In this document: positions 17,801 to 24,840 of the stretch, one piece after another
Layout of the letters: each line of letters begins with the position of its first letter
How positions within the stretch are numbered: position 1 is the stretch's first letter
Assembly: GCA_025839675.1 (NCBI GenBank)
Contig: CP104013.1
Location: 6,000,001-6,032,000 of the forward strand
DNA: 32,000 nt
Reading direction: 5' to 3'
From: Candidatus Lokiarchaeum ossiferum
GTDB lineage: Archaea; Asgardarchaeota; Lokiarchaeia; Sigyniarchaeales; Promethearchaeaceae
The notes under the pieces: model-generated
The model's database searches: none
The model's input: only the letters and a program-made list of their open reading frames with translations
What the model was told of the DNA's origin: nothing
Program-made: the position numbers and the translations under genes

Positions 17801-19234
17801 GAAAATACTTTAATGAGTTATTCTGGTCATTCCGCAATAACTAATGGAGGGTGGAGCTATGAAGAAAACAATCCGCTGGTAGAATTATCTTCAGTTTCAT
17901 TACCTGGAGAAAACAGAAATCACATAAAATGGGATTATGGAAGTGCCTTATCTGAGGGAACAATGGAATGCTATTTCCGTCCAACCACACTTGGAGATAT
18001 TCCAAGTGCATTTTATATTATGCAAGCTGGGGAGTATTATGATTCCTATATTGGGCTTTACCATCGTCAATCCGGTGATTTATTTGCCCAATTTGTTGAA
18101 GGGGGATCGATTATACACAGTTTGAAATCCAGTGAGAATATTTCTGCGAATCAAACATATCATTTTGCGTTAACATGGGGATCACGGGGGGTGGAATTAT
18201 GGTTGAATGGTCAAATCGTCGCTTCCGATAATACACTAAATGATGGGCTTTATAGCACAACCAGATACTATGGTATAGGAAATCTCCCAATGGGTTCTAA
18301 TACAAATTCGGGTATTGGATTTTGGGATAACTTCCGGCTTAGTGACATTCAACGGGATTCTTTTGGGGATATTGCTAAAATTGTCGGTGAAAAACCTTCT
18401 TCCCCTACTTTAAACTCTGTAGAATCACCCGATACTGATGGAAACATCACACTTTCTTGGAATTCTCTTAAAGAAGTTGATTCTTATAATGTTTATTCAT
18501 ATTCTTCATGGTTTGATTCAGTAAACGAATCAATCGACATGAAGGTTTCAACTAATTTAACTGAATATACTGAGAACAATCTTCTAAATGGAACATATTA
18601 TTATGCGGTTTCTGCCTGGAATTCTAGTGGTAGATCATTGCTCTCCAATTGTATCAAAATTGAAATTGCAATTCCATATATTCCACCCGTCGAACCTGAG
18701 TGGACTAATGGAACTTGGCAAGATGTTGGTATAGGGGTGAGTACATTCATATGTACTGATGAAAATTTAAATATATGGATGGTCATCAAAATCGGGAGTG
18801 ATATTACAACTGAAATTCGCTTAACTTACTATCAGACCAATCCTCTTGTTGGTACGATACCTGAAAACGTCTCATTGGAACATTTTTATCAAGTGGAAGT
18901 GCTAAATACCTCTTCTATTAGTTATTTATCCGCAAGTTTTTATTTTGGGGATCCAAAATACTCAGAAGAAGATTTATCCACAATGTGCATGTATCAATTT
19001 ATGGATTCGGAATGGAAAGAACCTACTCTACTTCAATCAAAGTATGAGAACAATATTTTTATGACAGATATATCTGCAAATGCCTATTTTGCCTTAGGAA
19101 ATGATCTAAATCCTGAACTCCCAACTACTTCATCACCATTTAAAATCCCTGGCTATGATGGGTTCTATTTTGCAGCAAGTGTGTTTATTTCATTTTATAT
19201 ACTCCTAAGGAGAAGAGGTATAATAAAAAAGTAA
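14897..19234 (+). CDS. giant surface protein: 4 x (LamG-like lectin module + FN3-like module), C-terminal beta domain, C-terminal IPG/TM/RRR anchor
   Basis: Signal/anchor LGILTLILLGFSGAF. LamG_3-like pattern (EGTMECYF..IGLYHRQSGELFAQF..QTYHFALTWGARGVELWMNG..GIGFWDEFQVSD). FN3-like pattern (PDSDGNVSLSWNSVSGADLYHVFRS..YYYAVVAQNTSG). Many N-x-S/T sequons. TATA-like AGTATAAAATA sits ~25 nt before the ATG. Confidence 0.9.
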   Translation: MKSSKKNTYLGILTLILLGFSGAFSLLSPRDQNNLRAPSVADNSPLLYVNFENTLTSSTGETGITNGNWEYNTTDAILDSYSVYLPGENKNHIKWDYGSALSEGTMECYFHPTSLGDIPSAFYIMQAGEYFDSYIGLYHRQSGELFAQFVEDGPIIHTLKSSINITADQTYHFALTWGARGVELWMNGFLVASDPDLTNGLDSATRYYGIGNVPMGSSTNSGIGFWDEFQVSDFQKDSFVSTTDVLGDKLPAPTLNSIPSPDSDGNVSLSWNSVSGADLYHVFRSNQSISEINGTQTLINTTDQLICEDIELEEKTYYYAVVAQNTSGFSNTSNCESVVITYPPDLVDANTVLYCGFENTLASYSEHTAITNGGWSYEEISPLVETSSVSLLGENKNHVKWDYGSALSEGTIECFFRSTNLESSTGAKYILQGGDLFDGSFGVYYYKNGILRAQHVDGGTIYTLESSVNITSNQTYHIAYSWGSRGIELWLNNEIVASNNTIQMGLESFTRYYGVGNTPMGSSTFSGLGFWDEFRLSDIQRDSFTHLDGIIDEKPGTPLLNPIESPDSDGNISLSWNSVIGADTYLVYRSTQPISEINGTQTLINTTEELTCEDLNLGENTYYYVVVAQNASGFSNMSNCESVIISLSSGFEDEHTLLFCEFENSLASSTGESGITNGNWDYNTINALVDSTSLYLPGEIRNHIKWDYGSALSEGTMECYFRPTTLGDIPSAFHIMQAGEYYDSYIGLYHRQSGELFAQFIEGGSIIHSLKSSKNISANQTYHFALTWGSRGAELWLNGQITASDPTITNGLYSTTRYYGIGNVPMGSNTNSGIGFWDNFRLSDIQRDSFTYISDVIGEKPSNPMLNSIPSPDSDGNISLSWNSVSGADQYLVYRSPQYISEINGTQTLIDMTNQLTCEDLNLDEGLYYYAIVAQNASGVSNSSNCELVVVVLPPDLVDEHTLLYCGFENTLMSYSGHSAITNGGWSYEENNPLVELSSVSLPGENRNHIKWDYGSALSEGTMECYFRPTTLGDIPSAFYIMQAGEYYDSYIGLYHRQSGDLFAQFVEGGSIIHSLKSSENISANQTYHFALTWGSRGVELWLNGQIVASDNTLNDGLYSTTRYYGIGNLPMGSNTNSGIGFWDNFRLSDIQRDSFGDIAKIVGEKPSSPTLNSVESPDTDGNITLSWNSLKEVDSYNVYSYSSWFDSVNESIDMKVSTNLTEYTENNLLNGTYYYAVSAWNSSGRSLLSNCIKIEIAIPYIPPVEPEWTNGTWQDVGIGVSTFICTDENLNIWMVIKIGSDITTEIRLTYYQTNPLVGTIPENVSLEHFYQVEVLNTSSISYLSASFYFGDPKYSEEDLSTMCMYQFMDSEWKEPTLLQSKYENNIFMTDISANAYFALGNDLNPELPTTSSPFKIPGYDGFYFAASVFISFYILLRRRGIIKK
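15032..18675 (+). repeat. four tandem intragenic repeats with a 915-918 nt period
   Basis: Units start in frame at 15032 (LLYVNFEN), 15950 (VLYCGFEN), 16865 (LLFCEFEN) and 17783 (LLYCGFEN). Units 1 and 3 share one head type, units 2 and 4 another. The unit 3 and unit 4 bodies are nearly identical at the DNA level. Confidence 0.9.
19139..19231 (+). other. C-terminal tripartite sorting-signal-like tail (IPG motif, hydrophobic helix, RRR)
   Basis: FKIPGYDGFYFAASVFISFYILLRRRGIIKK-stop. Same layout as the tail at 23955..24047. Confidence 0.45.
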
Positions 19235-19256
19235 TAAAACATAGGTAAAAATACGC

Positions 19257-20048
19257 ATGAAAAAACTAAAATCTAAATCAACCAAAATAACTATTTCGAC
19301 TAAGTGCAAAAGAAAATCTCAAAAATGGATTTTTCTTGTTATTTTGCTATCTTTAGTTTTTGGTCACTTTTTTTTTACATCTTTATTAAAATCTCCAATA
19401 CCGAATTCATTTAATGATGTAATAGTTAATCAACCAATGAGTTCTCACCAACTTCAAAATTCTTCCTTTTTCACTCAATATGAAAATAGTACATCTTATC
19501 GATTAGATTGCGGAGAGCAGATAAATATTACGATCTTTAATGCTGAAGGCTTTATTCTTGAAGTTACGAATAATGGAAATATATCAGCTTTTCGAATTAT
19601 ATCTGATTATGTATATGATTACTACATATCAATTGATGAACTCCCTATAGGTGAAAATATTCTAACGCTGAAAATTTATAAACCAATCCCCCATAAACCA
19701 TTAGAATTAATGGAATCACTAAAGTTGATCATATATATTGAACCTCCGATAAATAATAATTTAATTGCTCTAATTATTGCATTATCTCTACTTCTACTCT
19801 CACTACTTACTTATATTGGGGTTCAAATGCATAATAAATCCATTATTACTGGATTTAACAAGTCATTTTTAGGGACCAATTCGATAGGGGAACCTGTTCT
19901 TTTTAATATCACAGAAGATCTATCTATGGTTTCTAAAAAAAGGGAATTCCGCATGCAAAGATTAATTATGTCCGATCTCCCGAATTGGGATTTAGATATA
20001 AATGAAGTGGATGATTTAACCTTCTGCAAGAGTTTGCAAAAAGTTTAA
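19257..20048 (+). CDS. two-pass membrane protein with ~130-aa extracellular beta domain and cytoplasmic tail
   Basis: Starts 22 nt after the giant gene. Basic N-terminus, TM1 WIFLVILLSLVFGHFFF, sequon-rich beta domain, TM2 LIALIIALSLLLLSLLTYIGV, ~75-aa tail. Confidence 0.6.
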   Translation: MKKLKSKSTKITISTKCKRKSQKWIFLVILLSLVFGHFFFTSLLKSPIPNSFNDVIVNQPMSSHQLQNSSFFTQYENSTSYRLDCGEQINITIFNAEGFILEVTNNGNISAFRIISDYVYDYYISIDELPIGENILTLKIYKPIPHKPLELMESLKLIIYIEPPINNNLIALIIALSLLLLSLLTYIGVQMHNKSIITGFNKSFLGTNSIGEPVLFNITEDLSMVSKKREFRMQRLIMSDLPNWDLDINEVDDLTFCKSLQKV

Positions 20049-20105
20049 TTGCGTTATGGTTGATTCTTATATGTAGATGTCTTTTATCCGAAGGGAGTTG
20101 ATTTT

Positions 20106-20849
20106 GTGTTTATATTTTTGATAAATGATACGTCCAATTATCCTGTGACTGCAACATATGAATCGAAGGATCAGCGAAAGGAATACTCCCAAATTTTTGA
20201 TTATATTTGTAAATTATGTCCACAACGTTCCCAGAAAAGCATTTATTATAACCAGCTTAAATCTCGCCTTCGGAAACGATTTAAGCTTAATGAATCCTCA
20301 GTTAAACAAGTAATAAATCACTTTGTGAGTTTGAATGCACTTATTGTGGCCTTCGATGATTCTATTAGTATCAATATATTATCCAATTCGACTCGTAAGG
20401 ATATTTACGATTTAATTCAAAGATACCCCGGTGTGTATTCAAATGTTTTTAAAAAAAGTCTTGGATTGGGTTCCCGCCAAGTACTATGGCACATTGCTTT
20501 TCTGCTCGAATTCAATATTATCAAATTCGAAAGTTTTGGGAAGATTAAAGCATATGGGATTATAACTGTTGAACCTAAGGCGATTTTGCTTGGTTTCATA
20601 GTTTTAAAAGATTCTCTAAGAACGCTACTCATACATCTTATGAGCGATCCGGCAGGATTTGAATTAATTGAATTAGTCCATATCATAAGTAAGCCGAAAA
20701 ATTCTGTGCTATATACTTTGAAAAAACTGAAGGAATTGAATGTATTATCCATATCTTTGGGAGAAACAAAACACTATTGTATTCGCCACGAATTATTACC
20801 TAAAATCGATCAAACAATCAGTCGATATAACAATATTTTTCAAAAGTAA
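20106..20849 (+). CDS. winged helix-turn-helix transcriptional regulator with three tandem wHTH-like modules (ArsR-like)
   Basis: GTG start. The middle module RKDIYDLIQRYPGVYSNVFKKSLGLGSRQVLWHIAFLLEFNIIKFESFGKIKAY is a typical archaeal wHTH. The flanking modules are YSQIFDYICK...SSVKQVINHFVSLNALIV and LRTLLIHLMSDPAGFELIELVHIISKPKNSVLYTLKKLKELNVLSI. Confidence 0.6.
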   Translation: MFIFLINDTSNYPVTATYESKDQRKEYSQIFDYICKLCPQRSQKSIYYNQLKSRLRKRFKLNESSVKQVINHFVSLNALIVAFDDSISINILSNSTRKDIYDLIQRYPGVYSNVFKKSLGLGSRQVLWHIAFLLEFNIIKFESFGKIKAYGIITVEPKAILLGFIVLKDSLRTLLIHLMSDPAGFELIELVHIISKPKNSVLYTLKKLKELNVLSISLGETKHYCIRHELLPKIDQTISRYNNIFQK

Positions 20850-21084
20850 TGATCAAAGCCTTAAGAATACCTTTCCTGGTATAAAACTTAAAGTATTCGA
20901 AAAAATAAAACTAGAAAATAGATTAATTTATATCATGGAAATTCTGTATAGATCCGCCTTATATTTATAAATTTATTATTAAAAATACAATTATTGATGC
21001 TCCAAATCATTAGTTTAACACATTTCCTCCTTCAAAATATAATCTTTTAAAATCACAGATGTGTCGAAATACACAAAAAAAATT

Positions 21085-21100
21085 CCACACCTCTTTATAC
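21085..21100 (+). promoter_or_regulatory. third copy of the CCACACCTCTTTA promoter-like motif
   Basis: AAAAAAAATTCCACACCTCTTTATAC compares with AAAAAAAAAACCCACACCTCTTTAAAT at 14641..14668. It lies ~68 nt upstream of ATG 21163. Confidence 0.4.
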
Positions 21101-21162
21101 CTACTCAAGAATTCTATTAAATTAAAGGAAGTTTTCATCTCCAAAGAGACTCAATAAAATTC

Positions 21163-21387
21163 ATGCGTTTTTTTTTAAAACTATTCTACAAAATGCTGAA
21201 TTCAATTTATTTATCCAAGATCATCTCTAATACTTTACCAAAGACCCGATCTGCTAAGAATATGCGTCGTGTCTTAAAGGCAATTGCAACTCAAGGTGAT
21301 ATTGGCAATGTTATGACTTCAGCTAATCCTGAAGTCGTTCAAGCTTTAGTAGACGAACGTGCTAAACTCTGTGAAATCAAATTTTAA
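21163..21387 (+). CDS. small hypothetical protein (start uncertain)
   Basis: 74-codon ORF downstream of the shared promoter-like motif. The C-terminal half (MRRVLKAIATQGDIGNVMTSANPEVVQALVDERAKLCEIKF) looks like real helical protein. A T9 run follows at 21433..21441. Confidence 0.3.
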   Translation: MRFFLKLFYKMLNSIYLSKIISNTLPKTRSAKNMRRVLKAIATQGDIGNVMTSANPEVVQALVDERAKLCEIKF

Positions 21388-21432
21388 AATCTGAGCATTC
21401 ATCGTTTAATATAACTATTATTTGTCGAGGTC

Positions 21433-21441
21433 TTTTTTTTT
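21433..21441 (+). terminator. oligo-T tract (archaeal-type terminator candidate)
   Basis: T9 lies 46 nt after the stop of 21163..21387. Confidence 0.3.
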
Positions 21442-21673
21442 CCTACATGGTGAGACTCATTGGACGATCAATGTTAGAATTCTTCATCCATATCGTCTAT
21501 ATACAGGGTCATCTCAAGATTATCCGTCACTTCAAATGTTTAACGGAAATTCTAAAAGGTTTTTTGGCGATTGAGAACCTTTTGTTTTATATTGGGAAAT
21601 GACCATTCATTTAATTGAGATAAAATTTAGGTGAACTTCAAATCCACGGAGTCAAACTTTCCTGTTTTGATAC

Positions 21674-21744
21674 AAGTGTGTTGTGATGGATAGCTCTCGG
21701 AGGGAGTTATAACAGATTGCATATCCTTCAAGGTTAAATTTGAA
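21674..21744 (+). ncRNA. copy C of the conserved two-hairpin structured-RNA-like motif
   Basis: AAGTGTGTTGTGATGGATAGCTCTCGGAGGGAGTTATAACAGATTGCATATCC. Stems are GGAUA/UAUCC and GCUCUC/GGGAGU. A second hairpin TTCAA-GGTTAAAT-TTGAA (21727..21744) has nearly the same loop as copy B but a completely different stem. Confidence 0.3.
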
Positions 21745-21843
21745 ATTACAATAAGGATAATATAGGAACTAGAAGGAGCAAGATTGGAAAAATGAATAAA
21801 TATTTTAAAGAATCCCGTTACTTTTCAATAAAAGGCAACAATT

Positions 21844-22446
21844 ATGAAAATCACATATAAATCCCTGGATTCAACAGAAGAAGTGGAAAAGGCATTTCAA
21901 TTTATTACGGAACAGTTAGAGATCGGGGAAAAGCATCCCCGTCAACTAGATTATTATTTACTGGTGCATAAAACACATCCATCCTTGCTAATGGTGGCGA
22001 AAAACCAAGATCAGATCATTGGATGTACCTTCAGCAGTAAAAATCAATTTAAACCTGAAGCAAAGGATGAATTACTTATTGGAGAAGTGTGTGTTCATCC
22101 GAATTTCCAAGGTCAGAATATAGGGCGGACGCTTCTAATGAAGGTAGAGAAGAATGCCAAGAAAATAGGTTTTAAAAAACTCATATTAGGGGCAAAAGAA
22201 GGTGTGGAGTCGTTCTACTTCAAATGCGAGTTTGTCGCGAATTTGCATATTCAAATTGAAAATGATCATTGTTTGGAAGAACTGAAAAACTTGAACTCCA
22301 AATATGAAATAATCGACGAAGAAGTTAAGGAGGGATGGACTCGAGTATTAATAAAAACGAAGCAATTAGATCGACAGCTGGAAAATAGCTACAAAAAGAA
22401 ATCACCAAAAATATATCTTAATTATGTGTTTACGAAAGAAATTTAA
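21844..22446 (+). CDS. GNAT family N-acetyltransferase
   Basis: Acetyl-CoA motif A region IGEVCVHPNFQGQNIGRTLLMKVEKNAKKIGFKKLILGA, with the typical preceding beta strands. Confidence 0.85.
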   Translation: MKITYKSLDSTEEVEKAFQFITEQLEIGEKHPRQLDYYLLVHKTHPSLLMVAKNQDQIIGCTFSSKNQFKPEAKDELLIGEVCVHPNFQGQNIGRTLLMKVEKNAKKIGFKKLILGAKEGVESFYFKCEFVANLHIQIENDHCLEELKNLNSKYEIIDEEVKEGWTRVLIKTKQLDRQLENSYKKKSPKIYLNYVFTKEI

Positions 22447-22934
22447 GGAGACCAAATTCGAATTTAGATTTTTGAACAAACTTCTGTAGAAGAAATCAAA
22501 TAACTTGAAGTTAAAGGGATTGTTGGCAGAGAGAAATGATTGAGTCTAGCAATTAATATGGGATGTATCTCAAGTTTGGTTAAGATTGTAATAGGTTGTG
22601 CAAGTGGCTATTACGATCAAAAAAAGGGTTTGATAGGCTTTGAGTTTTTTATTTATTGCGAATTTTTCGTCTTTTTCCGTGTATATCACATCTTCTAATT
22701 CAATTAAAATTTTTTCGAACTTCAAATTTCGATCTTGAGCTTGGTACTTATGAGTATATTAAAGAGTTCAAACGTTTGAGGTAGGACTTCTTTCTACCAG
22801 AAAAACAAGATCTGATTTCTATTAAATTGGTTGACAGACTTTTCCGCTTATTTTATTCATTCTTTTTAGTACTCTTCTTAAGTCTTGAGTGGATTTCTTT
22901 AATAGAACTCAAAAGGTATTTCTCCTTGATTAGA

Positions 22935-24050
22935 ATGATAGGTTTCAAATTAAAAACTATGATGGTAGTAATTTTGACCGTTCAATTTCTTCCCTACTCG
23001 GGAATTCACCCCCAATTTGTCTTGGGAGAATCTGCGAAACTCGATCAAGATTTAGAAGATCAATTAGGGGATGTGAATATCTTAATGCTGGTGCATAATT
23101 CGGTGGGTCGGAATGCGCTCGATGTAAAAAAAGTGTTGGAATCTTGGAATTGTACTGTAACAACGGTTGGAGTGCTGTTGACTAATAAAAAAGTGTGTGA
23201 TAATAGAGGGGAAACGGTCTATATTGATACCGATCTGAAAATTGCGGAAGTTAATTCTATGATCTTAGCGACCTACGATTGTCTTTTTGTCCCTTCAGGG
23301 GCATATTGGAATGAAGTCTCGCAAACGGAAGAGATTACCTCTTTTATCGAAAAGGCATACAATGAAGGTTTGATAATCTCTTCGATGTGCGTGGGAACGG
23401 GGATTTTGGGTAAAGCAGGGGACATTGTGTCCGGATCGAAATTTATCTGTCATCCTAATAGTGGCCAGTTGTTACTCGACTCAGGAGGGATAATCGAAAA
23501 AGCGGATGTACTCCGAGATGGCCAATTTCTCACAGGCGGAACCGGGGGAGGATGGCGACAGGGAGGAAATGTTAAAGCCCCCTATTATGAATTCTCCGCT
23601 GCTCTCGTCCAAGAAATTTTGGGATATTCCTATTGTGAAAAGATGGAATTAGAGTCCACAAATAATGCAAGCCTAAAAACCGAATATTCTCTGAGTATTT
23701 CGACAGCTAATTTATCTTCTCCCATTAATTCACTCCCGGGAGTAAAAAAGCACTATATTGCCAGAATCAATTTACTTGTGAGTGATCCAAAAGATCCCAC
23801 TGTCGAAATTCGGGTGCCATTGGAAAAATCATCAACAACCACATTCAACCTCACATTCGATCTAAATGAATATAGAAAGATGGATCTAATGGTAGAAATC
23901 ATTACTAATAATTCGGAAGTGGAAGTATTTCGTAACCTTGAAAATCCAATTCAGGCCTCAATCCCGGGAGGGACACCTATTCGTGTAATTTTCATCTCTT
24001 TTGTGAGTTTTATTATCCTATTCTCACGACATCGAAAGAAAATTGCATAA
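22935..24050 (+). CDS. secreted/surface-anchored DJ-1/PfpI (class I glutamine amidotransferase-like) domain protein
   Basis: The ORF track starts at TTG 22827. ATG 22935 gives the signal-like MIGFKLKTMMVVILTVQFLP. DJ-1/PfpI pattern NILMLVHN..YDCLFVPSGAYW..GLIISSMCVGTGILGKAG (nucleophile-elbow Cys)..DGQFLTGG. A sequon-rich beta domain follows, then the tail ASIPGGTPIRVIFISFVSFIILFSRHRKKIA. Confidence 0.7.
   Translation: MIGFKLKTMMVVILTVQFLPYSGIHPQFVLGESAKLDQDLEDQLGDVNILMLVHNSVGRNALDVKKVLESWNCTVTTVGVLLTNKKVCDNRGETVYIDTDLKIAEVNSMILATYDCLFVPSGAYWNEVSQTEEITSFIEKAYNEGLIISSMCVGTGILGKAGDIVSGSKFICHPNSGQLLLDSGGIIEKADVLRDGQFLTGGTGGGWRQGGNVKAPYYEFSAALVQEILGYSYCEKMELESTNNASLKTEYSLSISTANLSSPINSLPGVKKHYIARINLLVSDPKDPTVEIRVPLEKSSTTTFNLTFDLNEYRKMDLMVEIITNNSEVEVFRNLENPIQASIPGGTPIRVIFISFVSFIILFSRHRKKIA
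23955..24047 (+). other. C-terminal tripartite sorting-signal-like tail (IPG motif, hydrophobic helix, RHRKK)
   Basis: ASIPGGTPIRVIFISFVSFIILFSRHRKKIA-stop. Compare 19139..19231. Confidence 0.45.
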
Positions 24051-24177
24051 AGGATAGAAATTAGAGAGTAATAATTATTGAAAAGAATTTCTGAGAACCT
24101 CCATTCTCATTATATTTTTTATTTGTTCGAATGATTTTCCTTACACCTAAAATATTCACAATTTTCATTCTTATATC

Positions 24178-24639
24178 ATGAGAAAATTTGTTAGGAAAAA
24201 ACAAATTTTTGGAGGGCTAATGCTAATATCTGTAGCTTTATCTGGAATTTTGCTTGTATCAGCTATCGGATTTGAGAATCTTTTTTATAGTTCAGGGTAT
24301 TTGAAATATGCTGTAAACTTTAACGAAGAAACATTGATTAGTGAAAGTTACATAAAAATTCATTTTGAAGAGGATAATATTCATTTTTTTATGCAGATCA
24401 ATGTAGATCGTCACGTTAAAATCAACGAGTATCAATTAACAACATCTTTAGAGGATTACAACTTAACTATCTCAAATAATTATAAAGCAGAAAGAAATGA
24501 AGGATCTAAACTCGCAACAATCGAAGGAACAATTTTTAATCTGGAAGATGGGAATTATATTCTGAGATTTAGTATGGTTGAAGATTGGATTTTTGAAATT
24601 GAAATTGGAGGAATCCAAGAAGATATTTGTGTTTACTAA
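24178..24639 (+). CDS. small N-terminally membrane-anchored beta-rich protein
   Basis: TM helix IFGGLMLISVALSGILLVSAIG, then a beta-rich domain with EDGNYILRFSMVEDWIFEIEI. A T8 run follows at 24656..24663. Confidence 0.5.
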   Translation: MRKFVRKKQIFGGLMLISVALSGILLVSAIGFENLFYSSGYLKYAVNFNEETLISESYIKIHFEEDNIHFFMQINVDRHVKINEYQLTTSLEDYNLTISNNYKAERNEGSKLATIEGTIFNLEDGNYILRFSMVEDWIFEIEIGGIQEDICVY

Positions 24640-24655
24640 TGTGTCTCAATTTGAG

Positions 24656-24663
24656 TTTTTTTT
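24656..24663 (+). terminator. oligo-T tract (archaeal-type terminator candidate)
   Basis: T8 lies 17 nt after the stop codon of 24178..24639. Confidence 0.3.
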
Positions 24664-24840
24664 CAAATTTCTATCCAAGTTTGTGTACTATGAAGAATGC
24701 TGTAGGAGTCTGGTGAAATTTCATCTCCAAAAGAGCTCTATTTTTATTAGAACTTGATTGAACCACAAGACTCCTTTATTTTAAGGGAATACCTAATCAG
24801 AGAAGTAATAAAAAAAGGTGTTTTTAGTAAATTTCAGCAC

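Noticed and set aside
17011-18213. Near-identical 285-nt segments as template/variable repeats of a diversity-generating retroelement
   Set aside because: The mismatches are a mix of transitions and transversions not centred on adenines. No reverse transcriptase gene lies nearby. Both copies are in-frame modules of a tandem array.
21447-21602. 51-codon + strand ORF (MVRLIGRSMLEFFIHIVYIQGHLK...) between the small ORF and RNA motif copy C
   Set aside because: It has no motif and no obvious promoter. It overlaps an AAAAGGTT...AACCTTTT hairpin. Evidence is insufficient.
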